Of a stretch of DNA of 64,000 nt, positions 56,290-64,000 are shown piece after piece. The notes under the pieces were generated by a model. The model searched no databases, was not told the origin of the DNA, and saw nothing but the letters and a program-made list of their open reading frames with translations. Position numbers and translations under genes: made by a program. Positions within the stretch are counted from its first letter, which is position 1; every line of letters starts with the position of its first letter. Source of the stretch: Cetorhinus maximus (taxonomy: Eukaryota); contig NC_135882.1 in assembly GCF_964194155.1 (NCBI RefSeq), forward strand, positions 2,666,001 to 2,730,000. The letters are read 5' to 3'.

Positions 56290-59200
56290 TAAATTAACCA
56301 AGTCTCCGTCAAGATCCCTTGCATTCAACAGACCAAAGGCAGTCAGCAGGAGCTATGTGCTCCGGATGCGTTCTATCTCCTCTGAGTTCACTCCTATCTA
56401 CCCTTAATCTCTCCCTCTATATAAACCCCCAACCCATAGTCATGGCCACCTCCTGACTTTCCATCTCATGTGGCCTGACTATTCCCATTGTATCAGTCAC
56501 AGAGAAGGCCACCTCTGATTTCTTCCTTGTATTGCCCTTCATTCACATCACCCTCCCACTCGCTTCTGTTTCTACTTCTGTGAAGAAAAAATCTCTCAAT
56601 TCACTTGTAAATGTACTTCCAAACTTCCAACTGTTTGACCTTTGGTCCCCCATTCACCACAACATTTCTGCAGCTACCAATCTGGTCAGCCACGGCTCAC
56701 CTCCACCTTTGATGCCCTAGCCCCCCCATTAAAGTTATTACTCACTCTTACCCTGGCTGTTCCTGCCACCATCCCAGTATGGCCCTTGTCTCCATTCCCT
56801 TAAGTTCAAGGTGTGGAGATTTGAGAGGTTTGTGTGGACAGCTACTTTAGCCATTCAGTGCCAGATGTGACTGGCCAGAGAGCACTATCAGGTCTTGTGC
56901 CCATCAACTAAAACTGCTCAGCATTCCAGGACCATCCTGGAATGCAAAGATAGCCCCCGGCTTCTTTTCTGTACTGCAAACTGGATTCTTAAATCTCTCT
57001 CCCCTGTCTCCTCCACCCTCTCCTCCAATAACAAATGTGAGGAGCTTGTGGTCTGCTTTGTCACTAAAATTGGGACCACCCGATTAGCTGCCTCTGCCAC
57101 GTCCCTCCCATCCACTAGGTCACCTTGCCAAAATTCCTCTAAGGCTCCCCACTGCCCTAACACTGAACTTGCAGCTTTCTCAAGTTTCTCTCTTATCTCC
57201 CCTCATGCCCTCTCGAACTTATCTTGTCCATGAGACCCATTACCTGCTCCCTCAACCCTATTTCCTCTAAATTACTGACCACCCATCTTCCCTTCCTGGA
57301 ATCCATGTTAGTTGACATTGTCAACAATTCTCTCCTCAGATTCTGACCCACTTCAAATCTGCCATCATCACCTCTCTCCTCAGAAAGAACCAACCCATGA
57401 CCCCTCTGTCCTTGTAAATGACTGCCCTTCTCCAACCTCCTTTTCCTTTCCAAAGCCCTTGAATGTGTTGTCACCTCCCAAATCCTTGCCAATCTTTCTC
57501 AGAACTCCATGTTTGAATTCCTTCAATCAGGTTTCTGGCCCTGTTACTGTTCTGAAACAGCTCTTATCCAAGTCACAGATTACATCATGTGTGGCTGTGA
57601 CAAAGGTAAACTGTCCATTCTCATCCTTTTTGACCTGTATGTAGCCCATGACATGGTTGACCACACCATAAGAACACAAGAACAAGAGTCAGTCATTTAG
57701 CCCCCTGAGTCTGTCCCGATGTTCAATGAAGTCATGGCTGGTGTGTGACCTAACTGCATATACCTGCCTTGTTCTGTATTCCTTATACCTTTCGTTAACA
57801 AAAATCTATCAATCTCAGATTTAAAATGAACAATTAATCTAGCATCAATTGCTGTTTGCAGAAGAGAGTTCCAAACTTTACCACCCTATGTGTGTGGAGG
57901 AGTACGCTAATTTTTAGACTATGCTTCTTTGTTCTATACTCGCCAACCAATGGAAATAGTTTCTCTGTAATTACCCTTTCAGTTCCTCTTCGTCATATCA
58001 TGAAAACTTTGATAAAATCACGCCTTAATTTAAATTCCAGGGAATACAAACCTAGTTTTTGTAATCTCTCCTTGTAATTTAACTCTTGGAGCCTTGGGTA
58101 TCATTCTAGTAAATGTATGCTGCTCAATACTCCCTCATTTTAATGATCTGTGTACACCAGCCTGCAACACCTCTCCATTGTCGTCAGCTGGTTGGCACTG
58201 TACTTACCTGGTTCTAATCTTATCTGTTAAGTCATAGCCAGAAAGTCACCTGCAATGTCTTATCTCCCTGCTCCTGCACTGTTACCTCTGGTATCTCCCA
58301 AGGATCCTTATCTCCTTCCTATTTTGCATCTATGTGCTGTCCCTTGGTAACACCATCCGAAAACACAGCATCAGTTTCCAAATGATTTACACCCAGCTTT
58401 ACCTCACCCCCACCTTTCTCAACTGTTTTTAAATTGTCAGCTTGCTTGTCTGAAGTCCAGTACTGGATGAGCAGAAATTTCCTCCAACTAACTATTCAGA
58501 AGACCAAAGCCACATTGTCTTTGGTTTCTGCCACAAACTCTGTTCCCTAGCCACTGACTCCATTCCGCTCTCTGGTAACTGATGCTGAACAGACCGCTTG
58601 GAACATTGGCCTCATATTTGACCCCAAGATGAGCTTCCAACCACACATTTGCATCATCACTAAGACTGCCTATTTCCAATAATATCACCTGATTCCCTCT
58701 CTACCTCAGCTCATCTGTTACTGAAACCCTCATCTGCTTTTTTTAACTCTAGACTTGACTATTACATTGCACTCCTGGCTGACCTCCCACATTCTACCCT
58801 TCTGTAAACTTGAGCTCATCCAAAACTCTGCTGCTCGTGTCCTAACTCACATCAAGTTCTGTTTACCGATCAGCATGACCTGTATTGGCTCCTGGTTGAG
58901 CAATGCCTTGATTTTAGAATCGTCATCCTTGTTTTCAAATCCCTCAGTGGCCTTGCCCCTCCCTAGCTCCGATCTCCTTCGGCCCCACAACCCTACAAGA
59001 TATCTGCACTCTAATGTTGACTTCTTGAGCATCCCTAATTTTAGTCACTGCATCTTTGGCCATGCTTTCAGCTGCCCAGTCCTAAACTCTGGCAATCCCT
59101 GTTTAAACCTCTCCACCTTTAGTTATCTTCTTTAAGTCAACCTTAAAACCTACCCCTTTGAGCATGTTTTTGGTCCCTGCCCTAATACCCCACTAGCTTA

Positions 59201-59291
59201 GTGTCAGATTTTGTTCGATAATCGCTGCTGTTAAAGCATCTTGGGGTACTTTACTACATTAAAGGTATTATATAAATACAGGTTATTGTTG
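56290..59291 (+). mobile_element. Long decayed L2 LINE with nested CR1 3' fragment (about 57669-58155, minus)
   Basis: QSGFWPCYCSETALIQVT...LILFDL.AHDMVDHTI (L2 RT), KLELIQNSAARVLT, L2 tail; the reading resumes after the CR1. Confidence 0.8.
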
Positions 59292-59355
59292 CCTGAGCTG
59301 CCGATGGGAGGGAGTATTTCAATTTCAAAATCAGAGCAACAGTTCCTTGGAAGAT

Positions 59356-59415
59356 AAAAGCAAAAAACTGCGGATGCTGGAAATCCAAGACAAAAATAAA
59401 AATAAAAAATAAAGA
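59356..59415 (-). mobile_element. 60-bp Penelope terminal stub with 15-bp TSD
   Basis: agttccttggaagat at 59341-59355 and 59416-59430 flanking aaaagcaaaaaactgcggatgctggaaatcc. Confidence 0.8.
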
Positions 59416-62400
59416 AGTTCCTTGGAAGATCCTTTAGCACAGTGATAATTAAATGGGAACTCTTTTTTTTTCCCCTTACGAATGCAGCCCATGCTCCAGA
59501 TGCTAAATTTAAAATTTAAAAAGAAAGTTTTGGGTTTGCGTAGAATCAAAAATTCCTCCAGTGCTATGAATATTTAAATCGTAATGCTCTCTCCTAATTT
59601 CAATACTGGCCCCATTGTTGGTTAAACTCTACCGATAGCTGTTATGTTACTGTTGGCTGATGCTAACCCCTGTGTAAAATCTTTGGGTTTAAGCCTGTAC
59701 AAGAGAGAATGTACATTGTATATCCTTTTGTTAGAGTGGATTCCTCGGTAGCTTTTTTCAGAAAGACTTCATCATGGTGATGGATTTTTGTCTGTGTCAA
59801 GCAACTGGCTGATCAAAAAACACAATTGATTTAAAATTTATAGCCCCACAGAATAAATATTACATGCATATAAAACAACCGCACAAACTAAACACCCTCA
59901 CAAAAGCACACAAGCTCACACATGCATAGAGGTGCACACACTGGCACTTGTGCATATGCTGACACTGACACACATATTCACACACCATGCACAGGCACAC
60001 TTTTAGTTGTAAAGAGGGACATACATTTCTTGATTTAAGCCTAGTCTTTCTAGTCCTGATTCTGGAAAGGTCTGGGTATGTGAGAGTGCACTGGCCACAA
60101 TTAGTAATGGGGTTGCTCCTGTGACCAGATACTGCGGTGCAGTTTGACTTGACACTTTGATTACAAAAGGTTTTCCTTCCTCATCTTGATTATTAATATA
60201 ATACCAGCCACTGAAAGGAAATGAATAAGTGGGATGCCTGTTTTGGTTTGACAGCCCACTGGGGACTGATTTTTGCAGACTGATGCACTGTTTTAGCAGG
60301 ATGCTGATTTGCAGGCACTCCACTTAGCTTTGATTAGTTGCTTTATCCTGTTGCATTTGTCAGCAAATTGCCTAATCAATCCCATCGGTACGGGGTGCGG
60401 GAATTGTTAATGGGCTGCAGTACTTAGTGCTTAATCCTTGCTATTCAGCACGTACACTGGTCCTGTTTACGCTTGTCTGTTTTGTTTGAACCGATAAAAT
60501 GGCATAATTTCCCTCATTTCCACAAAATAACCATCAGTTGCTGGCAAGCCTATGAGGAATTTTATACTGGCAGAATTGTGGAATTAATCAGACAGGAATG
60601 TGCCAGGTGGAGTTTGGGTCATCAGCTGTTAACAGTTGTGCATCCTTAGAGACGGGTGACAGGACAGCAGATTAAAAAACTCATGGTGATTTACACTCTG
60701 TTGGGACAGCCAGCTATATCTCACATCTGATTGAAACGTGCAAGTGTGAAATGCTGGAAGATCACTGTCCTTCAAATTTTGATATTTTTTCTTTGCAAAG
60801 ATTCTTCTATCTCTATTTTTCCCTTTACATCTGTCCTTTCTTTACTCACTTTACTCCGTGTTGGTATTAAAAATCCCTTCCTGCACTTTTCATGGCACCT
60901 ATCCTCCACTCTTAATTCCTGTGCCTTCAGTAGAACAGTTTGAGGTTGTGATCAAGCCTAATTATAGAGCACAGAAGGAGGCCATTCGGCCCATTGTGCC
61001 TGTGCCAGCTCTTTGAAAGAGTTACCAAGTAGTGCCACTACGCCTGCTTATTTCTCCACATCCTTGCTAATTTTTCCACTTCAAGTATTTATCCAGTTTT
61101 CTCTTGAAAGATATTATTGATTTGCTTCCACCAGGCTTTCAGACAGCCCACTCCATAACAATTCACTGTGTAAAAAAAATTCTCATCTCCATTTTGGTTC
61201 TTTTGCCAATTATTTTATATCTCTGTCCTCTGTCAGTTGAAGTATTGGAGAGAAACAAAGGTCTAGCTATTGCTGAAAGGAAGTGAAGTGAAATGAGGAG
61301 AGTTGAAACCCTTGTGTCCAATGTATAGAAAATCCTTCTGCTGTCCTTGAACAGGGCAGGGGAAAATCAACCAGGGTTTCCTTTGCTTGTTTGCTATCCG
61401 GTGAATTTCTGAAACTTGCATATATATGGCTGCCAAAAAAGATGTTATCAGGCCTGGTGTGCTTCCACAGCCGAACAGCTTGCCAGTTCTCATGAAGAAA
61501 ATCCACTTGGGGGCTGCTGGTGTCAATGAAGTTATGTGCTAGGAGTAAAAAAAAGCGACCTTTCTATACCTCTAGATGTGTTTGCTCTGCCAGAGTGCTG
61601 TTGAGTCAAGTCTTGCTCACCTGACTGCACTCCTGAATTGGAAATGATCCTATTCTGTGGCTGCAGAAGAAGCTGATTCTTTCAAGCTCTGCCATGTACT
61701 GTCAGAACCCTGGCTAGTAAGTGTACCGAACTAGTATCAAAATCTAACTGATTGGAAGTAAACTATTAAACAATTTGAGGATTCTATGTAGAACTCTGCT
61801 TTCTGCACTCAATCGACCTCTAGAGGGCCCAGAGGAAGCCAACAGCAGATCTCAAATCTAAAATATGGGGAAGTGGCGCAGGAAAATCATCTGTTTCTCT
61901 TGCTCTCTCAGGAGCCATAATGTGAAAGGGCTGTCTGATAGACATTTTCATTATGCACAGAGGCACAGTAAAGATTGTAATAGCTTTTTCTCCCTTTCCT
62001 GTGGAAGAAATAGCCAAACCTGTTACTAGGGCAGGTTCTACTGAATTATATTGAAATGTAGGGTTGCTACAATGAATTTTAATTTGTTTTAAAGTGCTTT
62101 TTTCAACTTGATTCTGGGGATTTTTTGATTATTGCAAACCTTGTACGTTTTAAAGCTGCAATATTGCAAGTGTCATTTTTTTGTTTCCTCATTGATTAAG
62201 TTTGCATTGCCTTTTTTATCTGTTTTTAATAAATATTTATTTTTTTCTCTCTCAAAATCTTTCTTCTTCTCCACTCACCCCCCAAAAAGCTTCCCTCAGT
62301 GGAAGAATGCAATGAGACATTCTCTCTATACCGATTAATGCACACAAAATTTCCAATAGTCAGCCACCATGACAGATCTTCACTCACCACTATACTCCTT

Positions 62401-64000
62401 AAAAACAACATGATAGACACAAGTTCAATAATTTAAAACAAAAATCACAAACTTAACCATTAATGTAACTGAACCACCTTCTAATGACTCCCAACGACTA
62501 TCCTTTTACATTCTATGACTGGCTGTTGATGATTGCACTGAGCTTTACTAACAGCCTTAAGCCTGGCTATGATCTTCTCAGTGAGCAGACAGGAGCAGGG
62601 AGACCTATGCTTCATAATCCATGCTCAGGCTAAGGTGAGGCCTCCAGATGAGCAGAAGATCAAAGGCCTATGTACATCCCTCTGTGGTTTGGCCCATATT
62701 TTCCTGCTCCTTCATTGCCCCAAAACAAGCTCTCCCCTCTCCTTCTGCCCAAGCTGAGGGCTGCAGTTTTGCTCCCTCTTATTTCCATACCTGCTTTGAC
62801 TGCTTCAGTTCCAGCTGTGCATTTAGCTCCCTTCCTCGTAGGGCAGTCAGATCTCCAGCTGAGGTCCACCTTCTCCTTCAAAGACATGTTCTGGGTGGTT
62901 TGGCTCCACACCACTTTCTCCAGTGCAGCTTCACTTTAGGACTAGGATTCACTTTTTCTCTCCCTCACAGGCCCCACCTGAGAACAGCAATCCTGTTCCT
63001 TCTTTCCTTAATGTGCTGATCCCAAGTGCTCTGATTAACTTTACTCCCTCCATCTTTCCCAAACCCACTCCAAGCCCTCTGCCTTATCAAAGCTAGACAA
63101 GTCTCTGAAAGATGTGTTAAGAGACATTTAGAGTGATTTCCTGAGCCACACTTATTACATTCATAAATTAGAACATTTTATATTCATTTTTGTATGAATA
63201 TTAAATTTGAGCCAATCAACTACAAAAATGTCAGCAGTATGCAGCGCAATCTCTGCTACGTATGTACAAGGTCATAGATACTTGGCATCCACACTTGATG
63301 TTACGGCTTGTCTTGTTTGTGAATTTTGGCGGGTTAGGTTCTCTCCAAGCTGTAAAGAATGGTGAGCTTCATGTTGTATCCAGCAGAACTACTGTGCCTC
63401 TAGTAATAATTCAATCAGTGTCATTGAGATTACTGTAGGCTTTGTTCAGCCAGAAGGACAAATATGACAGACACAAACTGCCCAGAGCTGGCACTGTCCT
63501 GTCTTTCTTTTAAAGACTCTCCAATTCACTAAATAGCTCCCAACTACAAGTTACCTTGAGGCAAACAGAGCATTTAATAGAATATACTCCCTAATAAAAC
63601 AGCTCACAACAAAATTGCTAAAGCTGAATGACAGAAACTCTGCAACGGTAGTGTCCAATAAATTAAAGATGGAACCTACATTTAAAAAAAGTGTTTTCTC
63701 TCTTTGAAGTGTTCTAAATCCATTTGATAAAGATGATTGTCTTCAGCAAAAGTACATTAGTGGAGGGCTGGACTGGCATGTTTGATTACAGGAAATCAAT
63801 GCACCTTTTGTTTGTTTGTTGATGTCCTATATCAATGAAGAATTCATTTTAAATGTCAGCTTCAAGTTTTGTAATATGATTTTACTGGACAAAATGCGAG
63901 TGATGGCTTATCCTGTATAATTGTGATTTAGATTATGAATGTTATGTTATTGGGTCTCCAGTCCGGTTCATGCAGTGACTTGTAGGTATTTCTGTTCTTG

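Noticed and set aside
45042-64000. NUDCD1 exon 2 (expected roughly [26 protein letters not shown])
   Set aside because: Not found by eye or in the ORF track; probably beyond the window, though a TBLASTN is needed to be sure.

Overview
Eukaryotic, repeat-rich vertebrate DNA. The repeat set (HER1/CR1-type LINEs, Deu-domain SINEs, Penelope termini, Harbinger remnants) points to a cartilaginous fish, probably a shark; this is an inference. Three genes sit in the order known from mammals. PKHD1L1 (fibrocystin-L-like) coding exons 1-14 are on the minus strand (ATG at 25046) and the gene runs off the left edge. A complete 96-aa ENY2 CDS is on the minus strand (39847->32238, 4 coding exons). NUDCD1 coding exon 1 is on the plus strand (44924-45041), head-to-head with ENY2 across a CpG-rich bidirectional promoter with ZNF143, ETS and YY1 motifs. 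All called exons have GT-AG ends and matching phases. The rest is introns and intergenic DNA filled with LINE, SINE, PLE, LTR and MITE remnants, several minisatellites and one 226-N gap. The most notable signals are: dispersed Penelope termini carrying minimal hammerhead-ribozyme motifs, including a perfect 70-bp palindrome with a non-canonical CUGUUGA core and a 14-bp target-site duplication; an apparently remodelled PA14 domain in PKHD1L1; and a G-quadruplex-prone, splice-donor-like minisatellite beside the ENY2/NUDCD1 promoter. I cannot establish a wholly new biological system from sequence alone. Comparisons with human proteins and repeat family names are from memory, and repeat boundaries are approximate unless a TSD is given.
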